Assembly (NCBI GenBank): GCA_038891095.1
Contig: JAWAEV010000007.1
Location: forward strand, 1-44,427
Direction: 5' to 3'
DNA from: Candidatus Altiarchaeota archaeon
GTDB taxonomy: Archaea; Altiarchaeota; Altiarchaeia; IMC4; QMZM01
Length of the DNA stretch: 44,427 bases
The notes beneath the pieces were generated by a model. It was not told the origin of the DNA. It searched no databases and worked only from the letters and a program-made list of their open reading frames with translations. Position 1 is the stretch's first letter, and every line of letters starts with the position of its first letter. Of the stretch, positions 18,827 through 27,869 are shown piece by piece. Made by a program: the position numbers and the translations under genes.

Positions 18827-18878
18827 CAGATAGATAAAATATCGATACACAATAGAATTTGAGCATGGTGTTATAAAA

Positions 18879-19610
18879 ATGAGAAGAAAAATTCCATCAG
18901 GAGTTCAGGGTTTAGATGAGTTAATAGGTGGTGGTTTTCCAGAGAGTTCAACTACTGTAATTTCTGGCCCACCTGGAATAGGAAAAAGCAGCTTGGCTAT
19001 GCAATTTGTTTACTCCGGAGTTAAAATTGATGAACCAGGAGTTTATATAACAATAGAAGATACAGTTGCTGATATTGAAGAATATTCTAATAGCTTTGGA
19101 TGGGATTTAAAAAAATATGAAGAAAAGGGAACATTAAGGATCTTAGGTAGAGAAATTTTTGAGAGAACCGATGTTGATTTAGGAGTTGACTTTGGAATAA
19201 TGCGAGATATACTAAGAGACATAAATGCAAAAAGAGTTGTACTTGATTCATTAACTTTGTTTAATTATCTTTTCAAGGATGAAATAACTCGAAGACTACA
19301 TTTGTTGCGTTTCCTTGAACTTATGAAAAAAGAGAGATGCACTTTACTTATGACTGCAGAGTTATCTGATACATTTCATCATATGAAATTTCAACAAGAG
19401 CATTTCTTAGCTGACGGACTTATCGTGCTTTTTTGGTCAAGGTACAAAGCTCATACAGAAAGATGCATATGGGTTGTCAAGATCAGGGGTGCGAAAATAA
19501 ATTCTGACATTAGACCAATGAAAATAACAAGTGAAGGAGTTGTAATTTATCCAAGGGAAGTACCTTTCACATTAACTAAAAAAACTGAAACCACTGAGGA
19601 AGTATATTAG
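18879..19610 (+). CDS. Single-domain KaiC/RAD55-like ATPase
   Basis: SGVQGLDELIGGGFP, Walker A GPPGIGKS, Walker B RVVLDS, ADGLI.L, VVKIRG. Confidence 0.93.
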   Translation: MRRKIPSGVQGLDELIGGGFPESSTTVISGPPGIGKSSLAMQFVYSGVKIDEPGVYITIEDTVADIEEYSNSFGWDLKKYEEKGTLRILGREIFERTDVDLGVDFGIMRDILRDINAKRVVLDSLTLFNYLFKDEITRRLHLLRFLELMKKERCTLLMTAELSDTFHHMKFQQEHFLADGLIVLFWSRYKAHTERCIWVVKIRGAKINSDIRPMKITSEGVVIYPREVPFTLTKKTETTEEVY

Positions 19611-19623
19611 AATTAAAATTAGA

Positions 19624-22557
19624 ATGAAAACTAACAAATTAAATGGAAAAATTTTAATGAGCATAGTTGCATTCGTCATAATTCTCCTTTGTTTATCAAA
19701 TTTTGCTCAGATAGAGGGCAATCTAATAATAAAACCTGAAAAAATTTTCGCAAGTAATGTCCCAGGGGGCATCTTTGAGTATCAGATTACATTAGAAAAT
19801 ACTCAAGAAAAAGAAATTACAGTAAGAGTCCAAGGAATAGGTGGGAATTTAAGTGGTGTGCTACCAACTGTTAATAAAGTCTGGACTAAAATAAAGCCAA
19901 AAAGCATATCAAATTTGGAAATTAAAGGGGCAATAAGAAAGGATGCTCCTGAAGGTTTATATTTAGGAGAAGTTCTCATTGAGAGTGAGGGCATAAGTTA
20001 TAGCATACCTGTAAATTTAGAAATTGCAAAGGTTACTGAAGAAATTTCTCTAAATTTAAAGATAGAGCCAGTAAAAAAAGAAATTAAGCCAGGAGAAACT
20101 CTAAATATTAAGACAACAATTGAAAAAAAAGGTAGAAAAAAGATAGATGGCGAACTTGAAATTTCTCTATTATCATTGGATAATTCTTTGATTGCAGTCA
20201 AAAAATTGAGTTTTAGTGAAAGTACTTCAACATTGATAGAATTTCCAATAACTTCAGACACACTTGAAGGAAGATACAAAATTTTAGGGAATGTCTATTA
20301 TAACGAAGCTGGACTTAAAAAACTTGCTGCTTCTGATACTGTGGAAATTTCAGTTCATAAACCATGGACAGAAATCTTCACACCGATATTAAGTCAAATA
20401 ACTCCAAGCAAAATTGCACTTTTCCTTTTCATTTTACTTGTGCTGTGGTTGTTTTCATTTTTATTTTTCTATTATAGAAAAGAGAAACTTGGAAGAAGAC
20501 GCTACCTTTACTCAATACTAAAGAAAATAAAATTTGAGACTCTGCCAAAATCTGGCTTAAGATCTGGATTTATTGGTAGAATTGCTGAAACAAATATAAA
20601 GGCATTTGTTAATTTAGATGAGTTAAAAAAACATACTCTTGTTGCAGGTGCAACTGGATCTGGAAAAACAATTGCTGCGCAAATTCTTGTTGAGGAAGCC
20701 TTAATAAAGGGTGCTTCTGCAGTTGTTTTTGATCCAACAGCTCAGTGGACAGGATTTCTCAAAAAGAACACAGACCCAAAAATACTTCAGCTTTATAGCT
20801 ATTTTGGGATGAGTGTCAAACAAGCGAGAAACTTCAAGGGTAATATTCATATAGTTAATGACCCATATGAAAAAATTAAAATAAAAGACCTTATTAATCC
20901 AGGGGAAATAACAATTTTTGTCTTAAATAAATTAAATTCAACCGAACTTGAAAATTTCATAGTGAATACAATTGATACGATCTATAGTGAAAATTTAGAA
21001 GAAAGTCAAGAGCTAAAATTACTTCTAATCTATGATGAAATTCATAGAATTTTACCAAAGTTCGGTGGCACCGGAAAGGGATTAACTTGGATTGAGAGAG
21101 GTGTTAGGGAATTTAGAAAATGGGGCGTTGGAATAATATTAATTTCACAAGTTCTTTCAGATTTTGTAGGAGAAATAAAGGCAAACATTGGAACAGAAAT
21201 TCAGATGAGGGCAAGGTATGAAGGTGACTTAAATAGAATTAAGCTAAAATATGGTGAAGATTTCCATAGGTGTGTAGTTAAGGCAGCAATTGGTGAGGGC
21301 ATTATACAAAATTCTGAATATAATAGAGGGATTCCATACTTCATTAAATTTAGGCCACCACTTCATAGCATTCAAGGATTGGATAATGAAACCTTAGAAA
21401 AATATGATCAATACACTCAGAATTTAGATTCATTTACAGAGAAAATAAACGAGATTAAAAAGTTAGGTATTGATACTTTTGATATTGAAATAGAGCTTAA
21501 ATTAGCTTCAGATAACCTAAAAGAAGGAATGTTTGGAGTCGTTGATCTTTACTTTGATACTCTAAATTCAAGAATATCAAATCTCATTAAAAGGCTTGAG
21601 GAAGGAAAAATTAAAGAAGAGGAAAGAGCAATAATTTCCGAGTGGGATGAAAAAAAATCAGAAATTCTAAAAGAATATGAGGAAGAATTACGAAACAGAA
21701 TAAAATCACAGAAAGAAGAACTTGAAAAGAGAAGTGAGATCATAAAGAAGGAGCATGAAGAGAAATTAAGGGAGATAGAAAACAAAAGAATTAAACTCAT
21801 TGAAGCGGAGAGAGAAAAAGCTAAGGAGGTGGAAGAGGAAAAAGCTAGAATTGAGAAAAAAGCCCATGTGTTAGAACTTTTAAGTAGATATGAAAGGCTA
21901 AGAATTCTTCTGCGGAGTGATATCTATGACAGAGAGAAAGAAAAATTGAATGCTCAGAAGCAAGAGTTAATTGAGTTGAAAGAGCCTTTATTAAGACAAA
22001 TTCAAAGTGAAAGAATGAAAAGCGAGGAGGAGAGAGAAAGAATAATTGAGGATATGAAGAAGGAAGAGGAGGAGATAACACAGAGCATAAATAGAATTGA
22101 GAAAATATGGGATGAAATACAAGAAGATGAAAAAAGAATTTTAACTAAGGATAAAGAGTTATATGAAGCAGAGTGGAAATTAATCGAAAAAATAAAGAAT
22201 GAAATAAGAGAAGAAATTGAAAAGAGGAAGAACATAAGAGAGCAACTAATGAAAGAGCGAGAAAAATATCGTCAAGAAGAATTGAAATTGCATGAGTTAG
22301 AGCTTATGGATGAATATGAAAAAAAGAGAGAGGAGAAGAAGATAGAGGAGAGGAAGAAAAGAGAAGAAATAAAAAAGGAGAAGGATAGACTTTATGAAGA
22401 GCTCAGAAAAATTAGAGATAAATGGCTGAGGATTTTGGATAGAAGCAAAGACATAAGTGAAGGAGAAGAAAAAATAAAAAAACTAAAAGAAGAACTTAAG
22501 AACAAGGAATATGAAGATGCGCAGAAGATGGATTCTATGTCAGAGGAGAATAACTGA
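19624..22557 (+). CDS. Membrane-anchored HerA/FtsK/VirB4-superfamily (DUF87-like) ATPase with exported beta-rich domains and C-terminal coiled coil
   Basis: Signal/TM at the N-terminus, about 230 aa beta-rich region, TM near aa 263-284, Walker A AGATGSGKT near aa 341, VFDPTAQW, Walker B LLIYDEIHR, REFRKWG...ISQ, then a long E/K/R-rich tail. Confidence 0.85.
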   Translation: MKTNKLNGKILMSIVAFVIILLCLSNFAQIEGNLIIKPEKIFASNVPGGIFEYQITLENTQEKEITVRVQGIGGNLSGVLPTVNKVWTKIKPKSISNLEIKGAIRKDAPEGLYLGEVLIESEGISYSIPVNLEIAKVTEEISLNLKIEPVKKEIKPGETLNIKTTIEKKGRKKIDGELEISLLSLDNSLIAVKKLSFSESTSTLIEFPITSDTLEGRYKILGNVYYNEAGLKKLAASDTVEISVHKPWTEIFTPILSQITPSKIALFLFILLVLWLFSFLFFYYRKEKLGRRRYLYSILKKIKFETLPKSGLRSGFIGRIAETNIKAFVNLDELKKHTLVAGATGSGKTIAAQILVEEALIKGASAVVFDPTAQWTGFLKKNTDPKILQLYSYFGMSVKQARNFKGNIHIVNDPYEKIKIKDLINPGEITIFVLNKLNSTELENFIVNTIDTIYSENLEESQELKLLLIYDEIHRILPKFGGTGKGLTWIERGVREFRKWGVGIILISQVLSDFVGEIKANIGTEIQMRARYEGDLNRIKLKYGEDFHRCVVKAAIGEGIIQNSEYNRGIPYFIKFRPPLHSIQGLDNETLEKYDQYTQNLDSFTEKINEIKKLGIDTFDIEIELKLASDNLKEGMFGVVDLYFDTLNSRISNLIKRLEEGKIKEEERAIISEWDEKKSEILKEYEEELRNRIKSQKEELEKRSEIIKKEHEEKLREIENKRIKLIEAEREKAKEVEEEKARIEKKAHVLELLSRYERLRILLRSDIYDREKEKLNAQKQELIELKEPLLRQIQSERMKSEEERERIIEDMKKEEEEITQSINRIEKIWDEIQEDEKRILTKDKELYEAEWKLIEKIKNEIREEIEKRKNIREQLMKEREKYRQEELKLHELELMDEYEKKREEKKIEERKKREEIKKEKDRLYEELRKIRDKWLRILDRSKDISEGEEKIKKLKEELKNKEYEDAQKMDSMSEENN

Positions 22558-22620
22558 TGATGAGTGGATTTTATAATTGTTAAAGATAAACAAAATAAAA
22601 AATTAGTCTATTGAGATAAA

Positions 22621-24117
22621 ATGGGGCTTCTATCAAAGGCAAAAGAAATTGAAAAAACAAAAGAAATAGACAAAGAAAAAATAGATCTTTTTGATGAATG
22701 GAATAAGCTCAATGAACAGAAGGAGAAAATAGAAATTCAAAAAAGTGAGCGAGACAAACAGATGAAATTGAGAGAACTTAGCTTACTCTCCTTAGAACAA
22801 AAGCTAAACTTAAAATCAAAAGAGCTTGAAGGCATAGAAAAAGAGAGAGAAAAACTTGAAGAAGAAAAACAAAAACTAACCGAAGAAACACTAAAACTTA
22901 ATGAAGAAAAAGCAGAGTTAAATAAAAGGGTTGAAGAAGAAACAATAGAAGAGGAGGAGCTTAGAGCTAAGAGAGCAGAAGTTGAAAATAAAGAGAATGA
23001 GCTTAAGAAGAAAGAAAAGGAGCTTTTAGAAAGAGAAAAACAGATTTCAGAACTTGAAAAAGAAAAGCAGGAATTAGAAAAGGAAAAAGAAAAACTTAAA
23101 TCAGAATGGGAAAAACTAAGAAAGGAAAAAGAAGAAATTGAAGCTGAAAGAAAAATCAAGGAAGATGAGCTAACAAAAAAAGAAAGAGAGTTAAAGCTTA
23201 GAGAGGAAGAACTGCTAAAAAAGGAACAGGCTCTAATTGAAAAAGAAAAAGAAGAAGAAGCAAAACTAAAAGAAATTGAAACTGAGAGGAAAATCCTAAA
23301 TAGGGAATTAGCAATATTAAAGAGAAAGAAGGAAGAACTTGAAGAAGAGGCAAAGAAATATTCAGAGGAGAGCAAAAAGAGAATGCAAGAGTTATCAGAG
23401 CAAGAAGAGGTAATAAAAAGGGCGTGGAATAAATTAATTGAGGCTAAAGAGGAGCAGAAAATTTTAGTTGAGAAGGAGAGAGAGCAAATGGAAAATGAAT
23501 TAAATAGACAAAGAGATGAACTCTTAAAAAAAGCAGAAGAGTTAAAAAAACAGGAGGAAGAGGAAAAAGAGAGATTAAGAAAGCAAGAGGAAGAACACAA
23601 GAAGAATTTAGAAATTCTTGAAAGTAAAGAAAAAGAGATTCTTGATAAAATTTCAGAACTTGAGAAAAAGTTAGAATTTGATAAAAAGGTAGAGACAGAA
23701 GAAATTGCAGAAATAGAAAGAATTCGGGCAGAGAGAAAAAAAATAGAGGAGGAAATTAAAGAGAGAAGATTAGAACTTGAAAGAAAACTTGAAGAAGAAA
23801 AAAATACTCTTGAATCTGAAATTGAAAATTTAAAGAAGCAAAGAGATGCCATAAGAGCAGAATTGCAGCCATTAGAGATGGAAATCCTGAAAAGAAAAAT
23901 TGAAATTCTTGAAGAGCAAAAATCTGAAATAGAACAGAAGCTTAGAATAGAAAGAGAAAATATGGAGAAATTAACTGAAAAGGAAGGCGGTGGTTGGGAA
24001 ATTTTTGAAGAAATGGAAAAAGAGTGGAAAAAAATTGAAGATCTAAGAGCCGAGAGAGATAGATTAGATAAAGAGTTAGATGAGATAAAAAATAGATTAA
24101 AAATAGCGCGAGTTTGA
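22621..24117 (+). CDS. Long coiled-coil protein (498 aa)
   Basis: Almost entirely E/K/R/L heptad-like sequence; no globular domain recognised. Confidence 0.85.
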   Translation: MGLLSKAKEIEKTKEIDKEKIDLFDEWNKLNEQKEKIEIQKSERDKQMKLRELSLLSLEQKLNLKSKELEGIEKEREKLEEEKQKLTEETLKLNEEKAELNKRVEEETIEEEELRAKRAEVENKENELKKKEKELLEREKQISELEKEKQELEKEKEKLKSEWEKLRKEKEEIEAERKIKEDELTKKERELKLREEELLKKEQALIEKEKEEEAKLKEIETERKILNRELAILKRKKEELEEEAKKYSEESKKRMQELSEQEEVIKRAWNKLIEAKEEQKILVEKEREQMENELNRQRDELLKKAEELKKQEEEEKERLRKQEEEHKKNLEILESKEKEILDKISELEKKLEFDKKVETEEIAEIERIRAERKKIEEEIKERRLELERKLEEEKNTLESEIENLKKQRDAIRAELQPLEMEILKRKIEILEEQKSEIEQKLRIERENMEKLTEKEGGGWEIFEEMEKEWKKIEDLRAERDRLDKELDEIKNRLKIARV

Positions 24118-24118
24118 A

Positions 24119-24892
24119 TTAAATAAATTTAATCTCTAAATTTGTTTTTTCTAATAACTCGAGAATTCTTTTCTTTTCTTTACCCATACCTTTCTTTTCA
24201 ATTAATGCATATTCTGGTGATGGAATTGTTTTTTTAATCATTTCATGGATAATTTTCCCATCGACATTACAGAGGTTATATTTTGCACAGATATGGCCCA
24301 AGGCAAAATTTTCAATTTGAGAGAATTTTCTACAATAATGCCCTCCACCAAAACCTATTGCAACATCTTTTTTTTCTGGTTTTTCTGTTAATGTTTCGTA
24401 GATTGTATCTGCGATAATTTCACAAAGATTTAAATTTTTCCATTCATTTAAGCTACTGCCAACTTCTATGAACATAATTGGAAAATCCAACTGAGTTGGT
24501 CCATGATGTGTTGCTTCAAGGCATATCTCACATTCAACATGAGTTGAATTTTTCTTTAAATTTTTAAGTGCCGTACTGATATATAATGCTGGTGAAATCC
24601 CAAGTTCTTTGCTATTGCCACCTAATTCTGCAATTGAGAAATTTCCAGTTGAGTGCAAAGTCAAGCAAGGCATTTTAGATTCTGATGAATGCTTAGATGC
24701 CACAATGCAAACTTCTGGTTTTAAATTAAATTCTGTGAGATACATAATTTCAGAATCAATTTGCATTAGTAGCAAATCATCTTTTCTATGCAACTTCTCA
24801 TTTACCTCATTAAATTTGTATTTATCAACTAAAATTTTTCCAATGTTCTCACCAGCTATATCACTCCTTGAAAAAATTACAAGCTTAAACAT
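24119..24892 (-). CDS. dtdA: D-aminoacyl-tRNA deacylase (archaeal DTD2)
   Basis: D.AG.NI, SKHSS, LTLHSTGN, EATHHGPT, FIEVGS, GFGGGHY, GHICAKY. Confidence 0.93.
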   Translation of the reverse strand: MFKLVIFSRSDIAGENIGKILVDKYKFNEVNEKLHRKDDLLLMQIDSEIMYLTEFNLKPEVCIVASKHSSESKMPCLTLHSTGNFSIAELGGNSKELGISPALYISTALKNLKKNSTHVECEICLEATHHGPTQLDFPIMFIEVGSSLNEWKNLNLCEIIADTIYETLTEKPEKKDVAIGFGGGHYCRKFSQIENFALGHICAKYNLCNVDGKIIHEMIKKTIPSPEYALIEKKGMGKEKKRILELLEKTNLEIKFI

Positions 24893-24959
24893 TTTTATAC
24901 TTAATTTTAGAATAGTTTAATAAAACAAGTATGAAACATCAAATAATAAATAAATAGAA

Positions 24960-25562
24960 ATGGAACTACATCCCAAAGAACTGGTTAATGATCTAATTAC
25001 TTTATTAAATCCAAAAACAACTGAAAAATTTTTTAGAAATGTCCGAATCAAGCCAGTAGATGAAATGCTAACTTACTTGCTTTTTTTTGGTTTATTCACC
25101 TTTTTTGGTTATTTCTTAAGGCATTTATTATTTGTTGATAAGGTACCTCCATTTACAGCATTTTCAATAGCATTGCCCTACTATTTAATTGGTATAGTTC
25201 CTTCAGGAGTTTTCTCGATATTTGTAATGAGCTATACTCTATACTTATTCGGAGAAAAAATAGTCAAAAGGACTGTAAGTCGTGAAGAGGCACTAACAGT
25301 AATTGGTTATTCCTCAATTCCAGAGTTGATTGGCGGATTTTTTATGATAATAAGTGAAACTCATGTTCTTTATCTTTTGTTGACAATGTATAGTGTTTTA
25401 CTTCTCTATATTGGTATTAAATCTAGATTTGGATTTAGATTCTCAGTTAGGTGTTTTGCATTCGTATTGATATCTGGTTTTATATTCTCTATGATTCTCT
25501 TCAGGATCGTTCTCGCAATTTTTACAGCTTTGAATATACCTAGTGCGTATTATGGTTTATAA
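24960..25562 (+). CDS. Yip1-like multi-pass membrane protein
   Basis: LLNPKTTEKFF N-terminus, about 5 TM helices, AL.VIGYSSIP.LIGG and LY.GIK..F patterns typical of Yip1 domains. Confidence 0.7.
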   Translation: MELHPKELVNDLITLLNPKTTEKFFRNVRIKPVDEMLTYLLFFGLFTFFGYFLRHLLFVDKVPPFTAFSIALPYYLIGIVPSGVFSIFVMSYTLYLFGEKIVKRTVSREEALTVIGYSSIPELIGGFFMIISETHVLYLLLTMYSVLLLYIGIKSRFGFRFSVRCFAFVLISGFIFSMILFRIVLAIFTALNIPSAYYGL

Positions 25563-25568
25563 ATAAAG

Positions 25569-26618
25569 ATGAAAATTCCAGGATTTTTCAAAAAGGAGAA
25601 AAAAGAACAAGAAGAGATTGACATGCTAATACAGCAAAATATAGCTGGAGAAGGAGAGAAGGTTGATGAACCACAAGAGGAGACGCCTCCAACAGAGTTT
25701 TCAGGACAAATAGATGAGCTAAGAAAAATGCGAATGGATGTTGATAAGCTAATAGCAGAATTTGAAGTTGTAAAACAGATAAACAAAGTAAATGAGGAAA
25801 GATTTCAAAGAATAAGCGAAGAGATTGGTGAGTTAAGAAGAGCTAATGTTGAGAGAGAAAGAGACATAAATAAAATAATGGTGAAAGCAGAGAAGGCAGC
25901 ACAACTTGTCGAGCAAGTACAACCAGAAAAACTAATGATGGAAGTTGAAAAAGAGAATGCAAAAATTCAAACAATAGAAGCAAAAGAAAAAGCAGATAAG
26001 TCTCTTATAGATTACATAACAAAAGAGATAAAAGATATTAGAGCGACATTGGAAACTTTTCGAGGAGTGGAGTCTTTAATAGAACTTAACGAAGAAGTAA
26101 AAAGAGAACTGATGAATATGAAAAAATTACAGACAGTTATAAGTCAGCATGCAGATAAGGTCGAGAATATCTTCGTAAAAACTCAAAAAACATTTAGTGA
26201 TCTAATGAAACTATCTCAGGAATTTAAAGTTCTTGAAAATAGGTTTGATGATTTAATGAAAGACTCTGAAAATTTAAAAGCAAATTTTGAGAGCGTTGCA
26301 AAGAAAGAAGATTTAAATTCATTACAAAAGGAATTTAATGATAAACTCAGTTCTATTGAAAAAATTAAAGAAGATTTAGAAAAGAAGAAAAAAGAGCTTG
26401 ATGAGATACTCCCTGAAATAAGGGAATCATTAAAGGAATCAAAAAAACTTGAAGAAATTATGAAGAGAAGAGTAACTGAGATTGATGATGAACTTACAGA
26501 GCTTTCAAAGATTGAGCAGAAAAGATATGTAACAGAAGAAAAATTTAACAAAGAACTTGGAGATTTCTTTAAGAGTATACTTGAGAAAATTGAAGCATTA
26601 GAGCAAAAGATAAAATGA
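25569..26618 (+). CDS. Coiled-coil protein with N-terminal GFFKK motif
   Basis: 349 aa, heptad-rich, with a distinctive ERFQRISEEIGELR...VQPEKLMME core; co-oriented and tightly packed with its neighbours. Confidence 0.8.
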   Translation: MKIPGFFKKEKKEQEEIDMLIQQNIAGEGEKVDEPQEETPPTEFSGQIDELRKMRMDVDKLIAEFEVVKQINKVNEERFQRISEEIGELRRANVERERDINKIMVKAEKAAQLVEQVQPEKLMMEVEKENAKIQTIEAKEKADKSLIDYITKEIKDIRATLETFRGVESLIELNEEVKRELMNMKKLQTVISQHADKVENIFVKTQKTFSDLMKLSQEFKVLENRFDDLMKDSENLKANFESVAKKEDLNSLQKEFNDKLSSIEKIKEDLEKKKKELDEILPEIRESLKESKKLEEIMKRRVTEIDDELTELSKIEQKRYVTEEKFNKELGDFFKSILEKIEALEQKIK

Positions 26619-27223
26619 GAAAAATTGAATTTTCTTTTAGTAAACACATAAGTTTAGTACTTCTCGTTATTGGTTTGTTAGTAGTGTTATATTCTCTATA
26701 TAAACTTTTTCATGTGATGAGTATTGATACAGTAGCTTTACTCGCGTTAGGTGTGATATTGATGGTTATTGGAGTTCTCTTTAAATATACTGAAGAAGTT
26801 GAGGAAGTTGAAGAAAAACTTGAGGAACAGCCAAAAATTCAGGAGATGAGCTATTGGCGTATGCAAGATTTAGAGTATAGATTAAAAAAAATTGAAAGAG
26901 AAAAAGAAAATATAGCGGCAGGGACTAAAATTAAAAAAGAAATTTCAAATGAGGAATTTAACAAGTTCAAAGCAATGGTTGACGAACTTTTAGAAAAGTT
27001 AAGAGAAGAAGATATTAAAAATTTCCGCAATAGTGAAGATTTCAAAATTTATGAGGAGGTGCTCTCAAATGAGAATGCTAATGATGAAAAGAAAAGAGAG
27101 TTTGTTTTTATAGTTGATAAACTGCTTGAAAAATTACCAATTGAACAGGTAAATGAATTTATAAAAGATAAGGAGAGATATGCATTTTATCAGAAAATAC
27201 TTGACTGGGCTAAAAATGAGTGA
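26615..27223 (+). CDS. 2-TM membrane protein with duplicated C-terminal helical motif
   Basis: Two N-terminal TM helices; VDELLEKLREEDIKNF..SEDFKIYEEVL and VDKLLEKLPIEQVNEF...ERYAFYQKIL. Confidence 0.8.
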   Translation: MRKIEFSFSKHISLVLLVIGLLVVLYSLYKLFHVMSIDTVALLALGVILMVIGVLFKYTEEVEEVEEKLEEQPKIQEMSYWRMQDLEYRLKKIEREKENIAAGTKIKKEISNEEFNKFKAMVDELLEKLREEDIKNFRNSEDFKIYEEVLSNENANDEKKREFVFIVDKLLEKLPIEQVNEFIKDKERYAFYQKILDWAKNE

Positions 27224-27815
27224 TGTTACACTTAATGATGGAAAAATATTAGTTAAGTTAGCAAGAAAATTTATTGAGGCACATTTCTCTAATGTTGATG
27301 TAAAAATTCCGGATTTAGAGTTACTGAATGAAGAACGGGGAATTTTTGTTACATTAAAGAGATATCCAAGTAATGAGCTTAGAGGCTGTATTGGCTATAT
27401 TGAAGGGATAATGCCTCTAAGAAATGCAATAAAGGAAATAGCGATTTTGTCAGCATTTCGTGACCCTAGATTTCCACCAATAAGAAGAGAAGAACTTGAG
27501 CATTTAATTGTTGAGGTTTCAATTTTAACTCCTCCAGAGTTGATAAAAGTTAAAAATCCAGAAGATTATCTACATGAGATTGAAATTGGTAGAGACGGAT
27601 TAATAGCAGAATTCGAAAGCAGGAGGGGTTTATTATTACCACAAGTTCCAGTTGAGTGGAAATGGAACGAAGAGGAATTTCTTTCCCACACATGCATGAA
27701 AGCAGGTCTAAGTTCAGATTCATGGAAAAATTTAAAAGTTAAAATATATAAATTCAAAGCAGAAGTTTTCTCTGAGGAAAAGCCAAATGGTAAAGTTATA
27801 AAAGTGGAGCTTTAG
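27216..27815 (+). CDS. AMMECR1-domain protein
   Basis: RGIFVTL, LRGCIG, AF.DPRF.P, EVSILTPPE, GRDGL, GLLLPQVPVEW, C.KAGL. Start moved to ATG 27216. Confidence 0.93.
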   Translation: MSDVTLNDGKILVKLARKFIEAHFSNVDVKIPDLELLNEERGIFVTLKRYPSNELRGCIGYIEGIMPLRNAIKEIAILSAFRDPRFPPIRREELEHLIVEVSILTPPELIKVKNPEDYLHEIEIGRDGLIAEFESRRGLLLPQVPVEWKWNEEEFLSHTCMKAGLSSDSWKNLKVKIYKFKAEVFSEEKPNGKVIKVEL

Positions 27816-27869
27816 TGAGCTTAGTGAGAGATCCATTAAATTTTGTGGGTTTTTACATAATCACAAATT

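Noticed and set aside
22555-22623. TGA-TGA-TGA at the ATPase end, in frame with the next coiled-coil gene (read-through or recoding)
   Set aside because: Four in-frame TGAs would need suppression, and TGA is a normal stop for conserved genes here.
22737-23852. 371-aa Ser/Phe/Leu-rich antisense ORF
   Set aside because: Shadow of the GAA/AAA-rich coiled-coil gene, whose reverse complement lacks stops. The same applies to 26216-26647, 21549-21800 and 22002-22235.
27216-27815. AMMECR1 as part of an AmmeMemoRadiSam cluster or of the KaiC/ATPase system
   Set aside because: No Memo gene nearby, and the radical SAM at 36804 is a different family. AMMECR1 is a widespread gene and probably just appended to the operon.
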